DNA from: the human T2T-CHM13v2.0 reference genome, Homo sapiens
Strand: one strand, 5' to 3'
Length of the DNA stretch: 64,000 nt
NCBI RefSeq assembly: GCF_009914755.1
Contig: NC_060933.1
Within the stretch, counting starts at the first letter, position 1. Every line of letters starts with the position of its first letter. The notes beneath the pieces are model-generated. The model did no database searches. It was not told the origin of the DNA and saw only the letters and a list, made by a program, of their open reading frames with translations. The position numbers were made by a program, and so were the translations under genes. Positions 26,715 through 39,433 of this stretch are shown here, piece after piece.

Positions 26715-27654
26715 GAGCCAACTGTGAAATCACAGGCTAGCACTGTGAGCTGCAGAGACTAAGCTGGACATCCACCCCCCTCTGCTCTATTTCCCCTTTG
26801 CTCCCAGCACCTGCCTCTCTGGCTGGTGACCGCACATCATCACTGCCCAGGATCTATGCTGGTTGCCATCTACACATTGGAGACTGCTACTGGCAACTGC
26901 TGAGCACGATGCAAGTAGAATCTCAGGCTGGGAGTTGGTAACTTGGCGAGTCACCCCACCTCTGATCAGTTGTGCAAGCTGAGAAGAATGGGCTCTCTGA
27001 AAGAAGAAAAGGGAAAACTGGGATCTGGATGTCACTAGGGCAGACAGTAAGATTGATCTTGGCAGTCAGCATGAGCTGCTGCCCTTGTTGTGGGCAAAGT
27101 CCTTGTGGAGAAGCATTGCTCCTGTGTTGGAGGATGGCCTCTGGCTGGGAGAAACATGGTCCAACAGTGACTACAGTTGGTTTTCTGAAGCTCTGAGAGC
27201 AGCTCAGGCTAGCAGGCTGATAAATTGTAACCAAGTTAGTGAGTGCTATTAGGGACTCCCAAGGAGCTGTGAAAGTACACACAAGGGAACTAAAACACAG
27301 CCTGGGGTGAGGAGGGGCCAGAGAAGATGTCTTGAGAAGAACTCTCAGCTGGAGCTGAGAGCTGGGAGAAAAGCAAGAGTTAGTGAGGCAGTTGAAAGGG
27401 AAAAGTGTTTGGGGCAGAAGGAGCACTCAAGCAAAGAAACGGGAGTCAGAACATCGCGGTCCATGACCAGGGAACCTCAAGGTGATCTGCGCATGATTTG
27501 AACGATAGGTGCCTAGGGGGAGTAGAGACAGAGGATTGGCAGATCATACAGATCCCATGTCTTATTCTAATAAATTTGGGTCTTAAAGGATGATGGGAAG
27601 TTTCTCCAAGTGGATTTGAATTTTAGATATATCCCTTCAGCAGGAAACGTACAG

Positions 27655-27963
27655 CAGGGGCCCCCAACCCAGGGGCCATGGACCAGTACCCGTGCACAGT
27701 CTGTTAGGAACCGGGCTGCACAGCAGGAGGTGAGCTGTAGGTGAGTGAGTATTACCACCTAAGCTCCAGCTCCTGTCAGATCAACAGTGGCATTAGATTC
27801 TCACAGGAGTGTAAACCTTACTATGAACTGCGCATGCAAGGGTTATCTGCTCCATATAAGAATCTATCTAATGCCTGATGAAACCATTCCCTACTCCCCT
27901 ATCCATGGAAAAATTGTCTTCCACAAAACTGGTCCCTGGTGCCAAAAATGTTGGAGACCACCA
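27655..27963 (+). mobile_element. MER1B (inside an antisense L2)
   Basis: CAGGGGCCCCCAACCC...CTGTTAGGAACCGGGCTGCACAGCAGGAGGTGAG...GGTGCCAAAAATGTTGGAGACC. Confidence 0.88.
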
Positions 27964-28089
27964 ACATGGAGGATAGACTAGTGTTGGGAGGAACACTGGA
28001 GTTAACGAGATCATCAAGGAAGCTGTTGAGTAGTTCTAGTAAGGGATGCAAAGTCTCCATAAAATTGTGTGACAAATGAGGTAGCATCG

Positions 28090-28920
28090 GGTATTGGTTG
28101 GGATACAGGCTAAGCTATTATAAGAAAGAGGTCCAAATACAGTGGCTTAAATGAGATATAAGTGTATTTCTTTCCCACAATTCTGGCCAAAGCTAGGTGG
28201 GTGGCTGACGGTGGGCAGATATCTCTGCTTTGCAAAATCATCCAGAAATCCAGCTGGCTGGCCTGCTCTGCCAAACCCAACATGTGGCTGCCATTGCTGG
28301 ATCCAAGGCTGCTGCTTCAGTTGTTGCCATTTCCCAGCCGGCAACAAAGGGGAAAGAAAGTCCAGGGCAGCAAGCAGCTTTGGCTTTAAGGAGATGTGGT
28401 TGTACTTATCACTGCTGTCATGCTTAGCTCAAAGAAAGTCTAGGAAATGTAGTCCATGGCAGGGTGGCCACGTGCCCAGCTAAAACTCAGGGGGTTCTAT
28501 TATCCAAAGGTATATGAGGGGAATAGATTCTGGGGGTGGAGTTGGCAGTCTCTTCACCACAGAAATAGAGAAAAGATGTCAGAGTCAAGAGATATGTTAA
28601 AAGTTGAATCTACAAGATTTTTCAGTCTGGATTCTCAACTGCAAGCAAGAGAAATGGACTCAGACTTAAGCAGAAAAGGTATTTAAAGAAAGAAACATTG
28701 GATGTTTACAAATCACTGGGAAGGCTAGAGAATTGGTTCTGAAAATTGGCAAGAGCCAAGGACGGCTAAGCAGACAAGATATTCAGGAATAGGAGCTGCC
28801 TGAAATGAAACGCACTGCTGCCAACACCAGGTATGGGGTGCTGTGCACCAGCACTGCACGCCAGATGCTGTCATGGGCACCATTGCCACCACCTGTTCCC
28901 TACTTCTTTGCATCACTTGA
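28090..28920 (-). mobile_element. Old MaLR LTR fragments (MLT1J/K-like)
   Basis: GGCTAAGCTATTATAAG...CAGTGGCTTAAA; second fragment TGCAAGCAAGAGAAATGGACTCAGACTTAAGCAGAAAAGG. Confidence 0.55.
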
Positions 28921-28929
28921 AAAAGTTAG

Positions 28930-29222
28930 GGCCAGGTGCAGCGGCTCACGTCTGTAATTCCAGTACTTTGGGAGGCCAAGGTGGGAGGATCACCTGAAGC
29001 CAGGAGTGTGAGACCAGCCTTGGCAACATAGCAAGACCCACTCTCTACACAAAATTTAAAAATTAGCCAGGCATTTTGTGCACACCTGTAGTTGCAGCTA
29101 CTGGGGAGACCGGGGCAGAAGATCGCTTGAGCCCAGGAGGTCAAGGCTGCAGTGAGCTAGAATTATACCACTGTGCTCTAGCCTGGGTGACAGAGTGAGA
29201 ACCTATCTCAAGAAAAACAAAA
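28930..29222 (+). mobile_element. AluJ
   Basis: Full dimer, GAGCCCAGGAGGTCAAGGCTGCAG. TSD AAAAAGTTAGG / AAAAAGTCAGG. Confidence 0.93.
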
Positions 29223-29349
29223 AGTCAGGAAAATGGGGAGCATAACTCTTCACTCCTTAAGTACACGTATGGCGTGGAGACTTCCTTCCAAAATGTACAG
29301 TGTGGAAAGCGGGGCAATGGTTAGCTTTTCAGTGGCAAAGCTGAAGAAT

Positions 29350-29870
29350 CACAGAAAGTGAGGTGTAAGGACAAGGTAGGAGTTGAGGATAACACCCAGG
29401 TTACTTACTCAGGATACTAAGTGGATGGTGGAGCCATTCCATAAAATGAGAAGCCCAGGAGTAGAAGCCAATGGAGGAAGAAATAGAAGTTCCATTTTGG
29501 ATATGTTGAAATTGGAGAGTTCATGGAAATGTCCCATAAGGAAATAAATATATGCATGTGGATCACGAAGAAATGGTCAAGCCTGAAGATGAGATTTTGG
29601 GAGTTACCAGCACATAGATTGGAGTGAATGAGATCCCTAAGGAAAGCAGATTGAAAGTAAGGAGAAAGCCGGAGACCCAATTCTAAAGAAATCAACATTC
29701 AAATCCTGGGGAGCGGGGAGTTCACAGTCCCTTGGAAAAACTGAAACAAGAAAAAAGTGGATAATCAGGACACAGGAGTATCACTGAGGCCAATTGAGGA
29801 GACACTTTGAAGGAGTGAGTAGTCAACACTGTCCATCGCTACAGATAAGCCAAGTCAGCTAGAGTTTAGG
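29350..29870 (-). mobile_element. L2 fragment
   Basis: GTTCCATTTTGGATATGTTGAAATTGGAG...GATTTTGGGAGTTACCAGCACATAGAT. Confidence 0.8.
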
Positions 29871-30206
29871 GAGGGCTCACCAGGTCTGGAAATGGCCAAT
29901 ATTCAAATGGAATATTTCAGATGAATTCCTTTGCAGGCAACTGCAGTGAGTTGAAACCCTGAGACACTGGATAACCCTTGCCCAAAGTCTGGCCATGAAG
30001 GAAAAATAGAAATGGGTGTTTCTAGAATGAAATATCAGCTTGAACAAGGATTTTTTAATGAGAAAACACCTGAATAAACTTCTGTGTTGAGGAGGAAAAG
30101 TTGGTAGAGAGAAGTTGAAATTTAGGAGAAAATAAGGTGAGATTCTTGCTGGACCTGGAAGAAGGGTCAGCAAGTGGGGACTGGTAGAGGAAATGGTCTT
30201 CCATAA

Positions 30207-30572
30207 TGATATGGTTTGACTGTGTCCCCACCCAAATCTCATCTTGAATTGTAATCCTGATGTGTTGACGGAGGGACCTGTAATCTCCATGTGTTGAGGG
30301 AGGTGATTGAATCATGGGGGCGGTATTCCCCATGCTGTTATTGTGATAGTGAGTGAGTTCTCATGAGATCTGATGGTTTTATAAGTGTTTGACAGTTTCT
30401 CCTTCTCAAGCTCTCTTTACTGCCACCTTGTGAAGAAGGCACTCGCTGCTTCTTCACCTTCCACCACAATTGTAAGTTTCCTGAGGAACTGCAGGTCAAT
30501 TAAAGCTCTTTCCTTGACTAATTACCCAGTCTCTGGCAGTTCTCTATAGCAGTATGAGAACAGACTAATACA
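30207..30572 (+). mobile_element. THE1 (THE1D-like) solo LTR
   Basis: TGATATGGTTTGACTGTGTCCCCACCCAAATCTCATC...GAACAGACTAATACA. Confidence 0.92.
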
Positions 30573-31649
30573 CACGCGATGAAAGAAACTTCTTTCCCTG
30601 AATTGGGAGGGAAACTAGGCAGAAAGGCTGAGAACTCTGATGAAGTCAGAATTGAGGATGGAAGGAAGTTGTTGGGGGTGTTTCTTCTTCTATTTTCCTG
30701 GAAAAGCAGAAAGCAAGGTCTCAGGAAGAGTGGGAGAATTTGGGGACAGCCCCTATGGGGAATGGGAGAGGCTTCGTGGAAACCTAGGCCACATGGACAG
30801 CTTCCTAGGAAGTCCTAAAAGCCCATTGGAGGTTGGGGATCATGACTCCATAGGAGGGAACATGTCAGTGGCTGGCTGGATCCAAAGGCAGGGCTAGCAA
30901 AGGGGAGAGCCACCAGGGAGAGTGGACACAGAGTTCTCCATGGAGTTCTGCTCTGCAAGTCACTTGGGCCAGGCCCCAGTGTTCAAAAATAAGCACTATC
31001 TCAGAAGGAATGTTCTTTTTCCCATTTTGGAGGACAGCACAGTCTGCTGGAATTTGGCCAAATCCTGGCTTTGTCTTACTTCCCAGGACTAATTAATGGC
31101 CTCCTAGGAATATTTTTGCCCGATACCTCTCTGACAAAACTGTGTGAGAGTTCCCAATAAAGAAGTGGAAGCAGAAGTGGAACCCTCCTTCCACGTGAGG
31201 GTTTGTTGACCAGGAGAAAAAAGCTGGGCTGGTTCATATTCTTCATGGTTCTGAAAAGCCATTATAAAAGCCCAGGGCAAACTCCCGGAGACTTGGGAGT
31301 GAGAACCTAGCCTGCCCACATCTCAGACAGGAGAGTAATTACCTTCTGTTTGGAATATGCTGCACTTCTTCTTCCTTATTGCCTGGAAACAATCCTTTGA
31401 GTTAGTGTCATGTATTTCCACACTTACTTAGTTTGGCATGGAGGAAGGAGCATGAATTCTAAAATTAGATCAAATTTACCTCCACCGTTCGCAAAATCCT
31501 ATATAAACTGCTTCTCATATCTCAGACTTCAATTTCTTCATCTGTAAATAGGGGTTAATTAAAACTACCTGGTGGGGTAGCAGTGAAGTTGAAATGAAAT
31601 AATATATGAGAAGCCTGGAATATACAAAGCACTTGCTACATGGTATCTA

Positions 31650-31823
31650 TGTGAGCTGGCTCACAAAAGCCAATTGTGAAATATTCAGGAATCTTGCCAG
31701 TCGGTGGTTAAACCATTAGTAGCCTGAAATCAGCCATGGTGTGAGTCCTTATACCATAGAAATCAGCAAATGCAATACATCAGGGCTTTTCCTTTTTTCT
31801 GGAAATCTAGTTTAAAAACCACT
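31650..31823 (+). mobile_element. MER63A-like
   Basis: GGCTCACAAAAGCCAATTGTGAAATATTCAGGAAT...AAATCAGCCATGG...AGAAATCAGCAAATGC. Confidence 0.7.
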
Positions 31824-31862
31824 ATTATCATTATCATTATTATTACTATTATTATTATTATT
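31823..31862. repeat. (ATT/ATC)n microsatellite
   Basis: TATTATCATTATCATTATTATTACTATTATTATTATTATT. Confidence 0.85.
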
Positions 31863-34340
31863 TTCCTTCCTCTTCCTTATACCCTGGAAACAACCTCTGA
31901 GGTAGTATTATACCCACTTTACAGAAAAAAAAAAAATGAGGGTTAAATTAAATGACTTGCCCAACATCAACAGCAAGTGAGAAATATCTGATTTTTTGTT
32001 TGTTTATAAATCTAGTGCAGTCTCCACTCCACCACAGCAGCATGAATTCAACGCAGCGCTGTTCTAAGTACGCACAGATTCTGTGTTGGTTTCTGGTTCT
32101 CCTTTTCCAGGCACTTTAGTGGACATGTGACCTTTCAGGGCCTGCAGCTACCCCCTGGACAACTTAGTTATATCAGAAAGCCAGAGCTCTGTGCCTGCTG
32201 CAGAAAGACCCAAGGAGTTTCGCCTCATCTTCAAGCTTTCACGTTTGTTATTTTCACCATCTACTAATCACTGTATTTCTATACACACTTCACCGTCTAG
32301 ATGGCAACTTTATGTAAGTGGCTTTACAGGCTCCAGAAACACGAGCTCATTGTCTCTCAGCAACCCAGTGGAGAGAGTCAGAGATCAGAGAGAGCCCTTA
32401 TTTTTTGGGGGGGGGGAAAGGCATTAAAATTTGCTTTTATTATTGATGATCTCCTTACATTTAAAACTTGAGGAGGTACATATCAAAAAATAAAACTTTT
32501 GAGACTTAGGTAAAGAGATAAGTGGTGGGTAATAAAGACGGGGGGTGGGGGGTCGAATGTGGTCATTATGTCAGAAATACTCTTGAGTGAGGGCCCTGGA
32601 AGTGAGCACACACTTATTTCAGAGGTTCCAGACAACAAGGGCAAGAGACAAACACAGTAAGTCACATAGACCTCTTTTTTTAGTAAAAAGGAATCACTGG
32701 TTTGAGTGTCAGTCATGCCAAGCAACATTTGAATAAACTTTCAATGGCAATTTTGTTAAAAGGGCAAAGACCTTGTTCATAAAGGCCAGTTCTTATTCTG
32801 GCCTTTAACAGTAAGTTGAGAGATGAGAGCCCTTATTTTACAACTGAGAAAAGTGACTTGGCCCAGGTCTCCTAAGGAATTGGAGGAGTGGCAGTCGGCT
32901 CTTCTGCTCCAGCCAAGGCTGGTCCACTCACCAGCAAAGGGCTAAGCAGCAGCTGTAGCCTCTCTCCTGAAGGAAGAGAAAATGTCAAGGGCTATCAAGA
33001 CTGTAGCTGCAGGGCATAAACTCATTACCAGCTATGGTTAAGGATTAAAAAAAAAAATCCCTGTGTGATATACTACCATCCAATTATGAGCTTCACCCAG
33101 GCTTGAAGCAGTTGACACTGTCCACAACAAAGATTCTAAGCCCAGTCTGGATGAGAACATGGTTTGCATTCTCTGGCTACAGGGTGATACTAAGATAGAT
33201 TTGGGGAAAAAAAATAATAATAACATGGAGAGATTTTCACACTGCCAGATTATTCGAGCTGACATTATTACTATCACGCCCAGTGATTAAGAAGAAAATA
33301 AAGGCAGAGTCCCACTTGTCTAATTTGATTACCAGAAAACCTCTGTGTTGATTACTAACGTCTGCTTGCAATTGGGGACAGAAAAAAAGGTATCCAATCA
33401 GCTGAAAGCCGGGAAATCACACACAGGAGCCTGAGGTCTGTGTAAATGAAATTTAATAATAAATGGGATGTGCTCCCAGATCAAGAGGTAAATAACAGGC
33501 AGAGAAAAGGAAGGTTCATACTGTTTAGGCAGGAAGAGGATTCCAGCCAACCTGGAATACGTGGAGAAATGGTGTGCATTGAGAGGGGAAGACATGCTCA
33601 GGGCAGGAGCAAAGTGAAGGAGGCAGAGGGATGGAAAGGAAGACAATGAATTAGAGATGAAACTACAGTGTGGATGTGGTCTCGGGAGAGGTGATTATAA
33701 GTACTGTTGGGGGTGGTGTACAAGAAGGCTTCTGTGTATACAAGAGAAAAAATGTGGCCAAACGAGGAGAATCTCAGAGCCAAGCAGAGGAAGATTGCAT
33801 GATGAAGGGCCAGCATCTAGTTGAAACCCATCAGCGCATTGCATAGGAAAGAAAGGGGCTGGCTTAGAGGCTGCTCAGCTTCAACATGCAGGAAAGAACC
33901 AAAGCAGCCAGGAGGTAGGAAGGACCTAGCAGTCCTGGGTTGGGTACCTAGCAGTTCACAGCCCTGCATAAAGGCTGTAGCGGTAGCCATGCCATCGCCT
34001 GAAGATATTTATATGTGCACAATGAAATGGCCCCAGTGGAAGTATTTTGAACTGTTGAAGTGGTGCTGATACTGGAGGCAGGGGGAGAAGCTAGGCTTGA
34101 AGTCAGAAGACCTGGCTCTGTTCCTTCCCACCTGTAAAATGGGGATAATAATATAGTTCACCCTTAGGGGTGAGGGAAGGGGGAAAAAGACAATTTAAAA
34201 TAAGGAGACTGAGGTAACCCTCTGCAGATTAAAACTGTGAAATCAACATGTTACAGATCAAAGCAGAGATAGGCAAACTCACATGAAAGAGACAGAAAAG
34301 TGCCCAGGCTGAGCAAGAGTTTGATTAAAAGTTTTAAAAA

Positions 34341-34625
34341 GGCTAGGTACGGTGGCTCCTGGCTATAATTCCAGCACTTTGGGAAGCTGAGGCAGGAGGA
34401 GCTCTTGAGCCTGGGAATTTGAGACAAGCCTGGGCAACATAGTGAGACCCTGTCTCCACAAAAAAGTTAAAAATTAGCCAGGTGTGGTGGCACACACCTG
34501 TGGTCCCAGCTACTCAGGTGGCTGAGGCAAGGGGATCACTTAGCCTGGGAGGTCGAGGCTGCAGTGAGCCATGATCATGTCACTGTACTCCAGTCTGGGA
34601 TCAAAACAAAAAGGAAAAGAGAAAA
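34341..34625 (+). mobile_element. AluJ
   Basis: GGCTAGGTACGGTGGCTC...GGTCGAGGCTGCAGTGAGCCATGATC, A-rich tail. Confidence 0.92.
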
Positions 34626-35994
34626 GTACTAAACAGATCCGAAGAAGGAGATGGTGCAACCAAAGGGGACTTTTTGGGAAATAGGAGCATGATAAAAAGG
34701 TGGACCAGAGGCAGTGGCTCTTCCAATAAATTCAAACAAGTCTTACCACATGCCTAGAGGATTCTGGTCCCATGGGCAAGATCATACCTATTGTGGCCAC
34801 TTAGGATGAGGCCATTAACTATTCCAACCATCTAACTCCACATCTTGGTTCTGCACTCAACAACGTCACCTTGTTTTATTCTATGGGGGAAATACTCTGC
34901 TTAATTTAGAACTTCCCCTGGGTCAGCCTCCGAATATTGTGTTGGTCTTCCTTGCAGAACAAGGCCACTGTGTTCACTGAGCTTTTCTCAGGGGAGCAGG
35001 AAGAGAGGGGCCCTGCTGCCTGTGCAGTGAGATTCTTCTCTGCTCTGCCAGGCTCCAAGGTATACAGGTGCACCAAACATCTTTGCCGCCAAAGAACCTG
35101 TCAATGGAAAGTCAAGCATACTAATGATAGAATGTGGTAAATACCTGTGAAGACCTGTAGTTAAGCCACTCTGTGCCTCTGCATCCCATAACTATAAAAT
35201 AGGTAATGATATGAGTTTATACATGGAAAGCTCTTAACACTATGCCAGGCACATAGCGAGCTCCCAATAAATGCTCAACACAAGCAATTACTGGGCACAG
35301 TGGCGTGTGTCTTCACTCCACTGTGCCTACTGTCCTCTTGACTTTGCAAACTTATTTCTTCATGCCATTTTTAACAGCTGTAATGTGCTTCCTTATTATT
35401 AGTAGGATATGATTATCAGGATGTAAACACTATGCTACATACGAAGGAAAAAGAACTGCTTTGTTCAGACTGAAACAATCATTTATAAAGTAGGGAACAG
35501 AAAGATCTTCTAACACATTCACAGGTTATTTTAATACATTCCAAATAAATGCCAAGGAAGGCAGTGTTTATAAATAGCATTCAAAACAGCCCCCTCCACT
35601 TTCTTGGTGAATGTGCACCAGCTTGTCAATGTCCCCATTGTGCAGGGCCCAGAGCGGGATATAATTAAATCCTATTACCAAGGAAAACTTGCAGCATAGT
35701 TGGTCTGACACATTTAATGATTTATTAACTCAATATGCAAATGTAATGAAAATAACTGTGCCTGGGAAGTGGGGATGGATGAGATGGTATGGTGCCATCT
35801 TGGTCCTCAAAGAGCTTATAATCCAGTGGATAAGATGGATAAGGAAATGGCTAAGTATAGTCTGAAGCAAAAATAAGTGAATACTAATTACACCTTCAGC
35901 AGCAAGAAGCACCAAAATCTCTGAACTCTTTCAGGGCAAGGTTTTGTCTATGCCCCTTCATCTGGAGTGAGAGACAGCTGCTGCACTGATTGGA

Positions 35995-36220
35995 AATCTG
36001 AACTCTGGCGTCAGACTGCCTGGGTATGAATCCAAGCCCAAACCCTTGCCTATTGTATGAACTTAGTTGGGTGAGATGGTTAACTTCTATAAACCTCTGT
36101 TTCCTTATCTTTAACATAAGGATAATAATAGTAACTATCTCAAAGAGATGGATGAAGGTTGAGATAATGAATATGAAACATATATTGTAATACCTGCCAC
36201 ATAAACAGTGTTCACCTTAG
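35995..36220 (+). mobile_element. MIR
   Basis: GGCGTCAGACTGCCTGGGTATGAATCC...CCTCTGTTTCCTTATC. Confidence 0.8.
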
Positions 36221-37629
36221 CTCACTTTTCCCCAGCACCGATCATAGAGATCACCCATAGTTGGTACCACTAGTGGATATTTAAAAGAATAAACAATATA
36301 TGAATAAAATAAAGAGTGAATGAATTGTTTAATTAAGGTGAATATTGTGTGGGAATAAGTGTGAAAGTGGAATTACCCTTGATTAGGGAAACAGGAGGTT
36401 TCTTAGAGGAGGTGATATTGGAGAGAGCCTGAGAGGCTGGACTTTCACAGCATGGGTGGAGCAGGGCAGATGTGCATTAAACGAGGTCAGAGCCTTGGAA
36501 ATATTCCAAAGATTGTGTAGTACTTTTTGGGGGAAAAGAAGAACTAGTAGAGGTTTTACTAGAGGGGTTTGATGTGATATCAGTTTTTTAAAGTGCTATT
36601 CAGGCCACACACAAGCAGTGAGAAAAAAGAGCAGAAGCTGGAGGGCAATCGGGAGGCCACCCCAATAGTTCAGAGACTGTGGGAGTCTGCACCAGGGCAA
36701 AGATTGTGGGAATGAGGAGAAGGAGTCCAAAGGGATGGAATGTCAGGGCCAGAGGAGAGGGAGGAGTAAGTGAAGAGGCTGAGGTTTCTCACCTGGGTGA
36801 TTGGCACAGCCTTTATTATAGAGAGAAATCATTATTAAACTACAGAGAGAAAATGGCACGTAAACAATTGTTCAGTTATTTCTCCTAAATCTATAATCCT
36901 AGATTATCATGGTGGATGAGACCAGTCCCCCAAACATTCACCATCTGCTGCATCAATTTTACTCATCTTCGTCCTAATTCCAAAGCAGCTTCAGGACATC
37001 TCTTATTCTTAGAAAGGTCAGCCTTATACTGAGTTAAAATCTGCTTTCCCATAATTTCCAGCCTTTGGTCCTGGTTTTATCTTCTGGAAACACATATCAA
37101 GTTTAGACCCTCTTCTCCAAGACCCTGTTTTTTGTTTTGTTTTGTTTTGTTTTTCCTTTGGAACCATTTAGCTGGCTAAACCAGAATGCCACCATTATTT
37201 TTCTAATTTGTCCATAAAAACATGAGGTACCTCATCGAATGGTCTGCTGAAATCACAGTACACTGTGTCTGCCTCCCGCTGCTCTATTAGTCTATTAAAC
37301 CTGACCCTCTAAAAAATGTGGAGAGGGTCTAATTCTGTTTGTGGTGATAAGCTGGACGCTAATGACCATCAATTTTGGTCTAAGTGCATATGAACAATCT
37401 GTTTCATCCTCTATACTGGAATATTCCCCAAGATCACCAAGTTGATGGTCCAAGTTCAAATGCAATAGTATTGTAATGGAAACACTCCTCTGCAAATCTC
37501 TCAGAGCCACCATCACTCTTAGGAAAAGCTTCTGCTGCTTTCGATCTTTGATCACACCATGACAGATCTCCCCAGCTGATTTTTGCATTTGCTGATTCTT
37601 CCATAACTTACTGTTTGTATAACTGGTTC

Positions 37630-37910
37630 TTTCTCGTCACCTGGGTTTCAGCCTAAATATCCCACACCAGGGAGGACTTCCAAACCACCTGATCTAGACT
37701 CAACCAATTCCCATTCACTGTCCCATTACCCTGCTTCATTGTTTGCATAGAATTTAAAAACTATCTGAAATGGTTTTGTTCTTTGTTTGCTTACCATCAA
37801 ATAGAAGCCTCCTGAGGGTAGGGATTTTGCTTTATTCATGTCGTAGTACCAGCATTAAGGACGCTGCCTGGCCCAGAGCCTGTGCTGAATAAGAACTTGC
37901 TGAATAAGTG
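37630..37910 (+). mobile_element. L2 3' end
   Basis: AGCCTCCTGAGGGTAGGGATTTTG...GCCTGGCCCAGAGCCTGTGCTGAATAAG. Confidence 0.7.
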
Positions 37911-39219
37911 TATAAACATCACTGCCTTAGAATTCTAACTGCCCAGCCTCCCATCCTTTCAGCTTTCACAAACCCCAGAATGATGTTGTTCTTCTCTCTT
38001 GAGGTTCCTGTCACATCCATTTTGCCAAGCAATTTTTCCTAGTTGATCAGAATTAGGTCCAGAACAGAAGTTCCCCAAGTCTCTTCTGCTCCTGGCTGAA
38101 AGATGAAATTATCAGCCAAGTCGAGCAAGACAAAATGGATCAGATGCCCTGTGTGAGGCTGAATGAAGCTCCCAGCAGTTACTGCCCCCACATCATTCCT
38201 CACAGGGAGAGGCCACATCCCCCAGCTGTCTCTTTTCATCATAGGAGCTCCCCAGCTTCAAGAAGGGGCTGGATCTGCTCTGGCATTGTCAAAGCAAGTT
38301 TACCATGACCGACTGACCTCCTTCTCCTCTCTCTCTTGAGTTCTTGACTCTTGGCTTTAACAACTGACATCAGGCCAGACTCTGATAGCAGCTCCAACCA
38401 TGGAATTATAATCAATGTGTACCATTGGTTGCATGAGTCAGAAACCCTCAAACTGAAAAGAAAAAAAAAAAAAGAAGAGGAGTAAATGAAATTCAACAGA
38501 GAGTCTCATAGACCCCAGGGTAATAGGCAGGCAACTATTGTTATTGTTATTGTCTCTGTCTCTGTCCCCTGCCCCTCTGAGGCCACATGCTCTTGAATCC
38601 TTTTTTCTTTCTGCAGAGCTGAGTTATGCTCCTTTGTTTAACAGCTGGCTTTCACTCCTGGATCATGGTTTCTCTGTTCTCCAAAAACTTTGAAGTACAT
38701 GTGCTATGGCTTTCCCTTTGTCACGTTCAAACTTCCCCTCAAGTCTCTATGACCTTTCAGCTCTGATCCACCACTGATTTACTACAGTCTTTAGCCTGCT
38801 GGTTCAAGCTGGCCAATGAATCGTCTTGTATTTTAGGTACGTATCTTTGGTCCAATCAGACGTAGCTCAAGAGGCCATCATATGGTTCATAGAGATGCTC
38901 CCCACAAGGGCAGTGAATGGGATTTTCTGAGGTAGAATGTAGGAAAGGGAGATATCTCAAGACATTCTAATTCGCATAGCATGATATCCTTGCTAAGGTG
39001 ACTATTTCTTGCTTGGCGCTGTTTTGTTTTCCTAGATCGGAGCCCAGAACAAACCTTTGTACATTCTAGACCCGAACCTCTCTTCCAAAGGTGGAAGGGG
39101 ATCCCATCTGTGCAGCAGTTAGCAGTTCTCATTCTGTTCTTACTGCTGGATTTCAGCTGCTTCCAGCATAAGCCCAACATACACTCATATCTAGAGACTG
39201 ACACCTACTGCACTAGATA

Positions 39220-39433
39220 CAGTTGGTCTCAACCATGAGTGGTACCATCACCACAAGGGGGGTATGGAAATGTATAGGAGTAGCTGTGAATTGTCCCAGT
39301 GACTAGGGTTAGCTGCTGGCCTTTAATGGGCGGGGGCCAAAGAACCTTAATCTCCTGTAGCATATAGTATAGTCCCTCTCAACAAAGATGTGTCTTGTCT
39401 AAAATGCCAGCAGTGTCTCCTTTGAGGAACACA
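39220..39433 (+). mobile_element. MER20/MER20B-like hAT element
   Basis: CAGTTGGTCTCAACC...AAAATGCCAGCAGTGTCTCCTTTGAGGAACAC. Confidence 0.65.

Noticed and set aside
30250-30305. Short internal tandem duplications in the THE1D LTR (and at ~60008-60060 in the MLT2 LTR)
   Set aside because: Small tandem duplications inside LTRs are common and may be part of the subfamily consensus.
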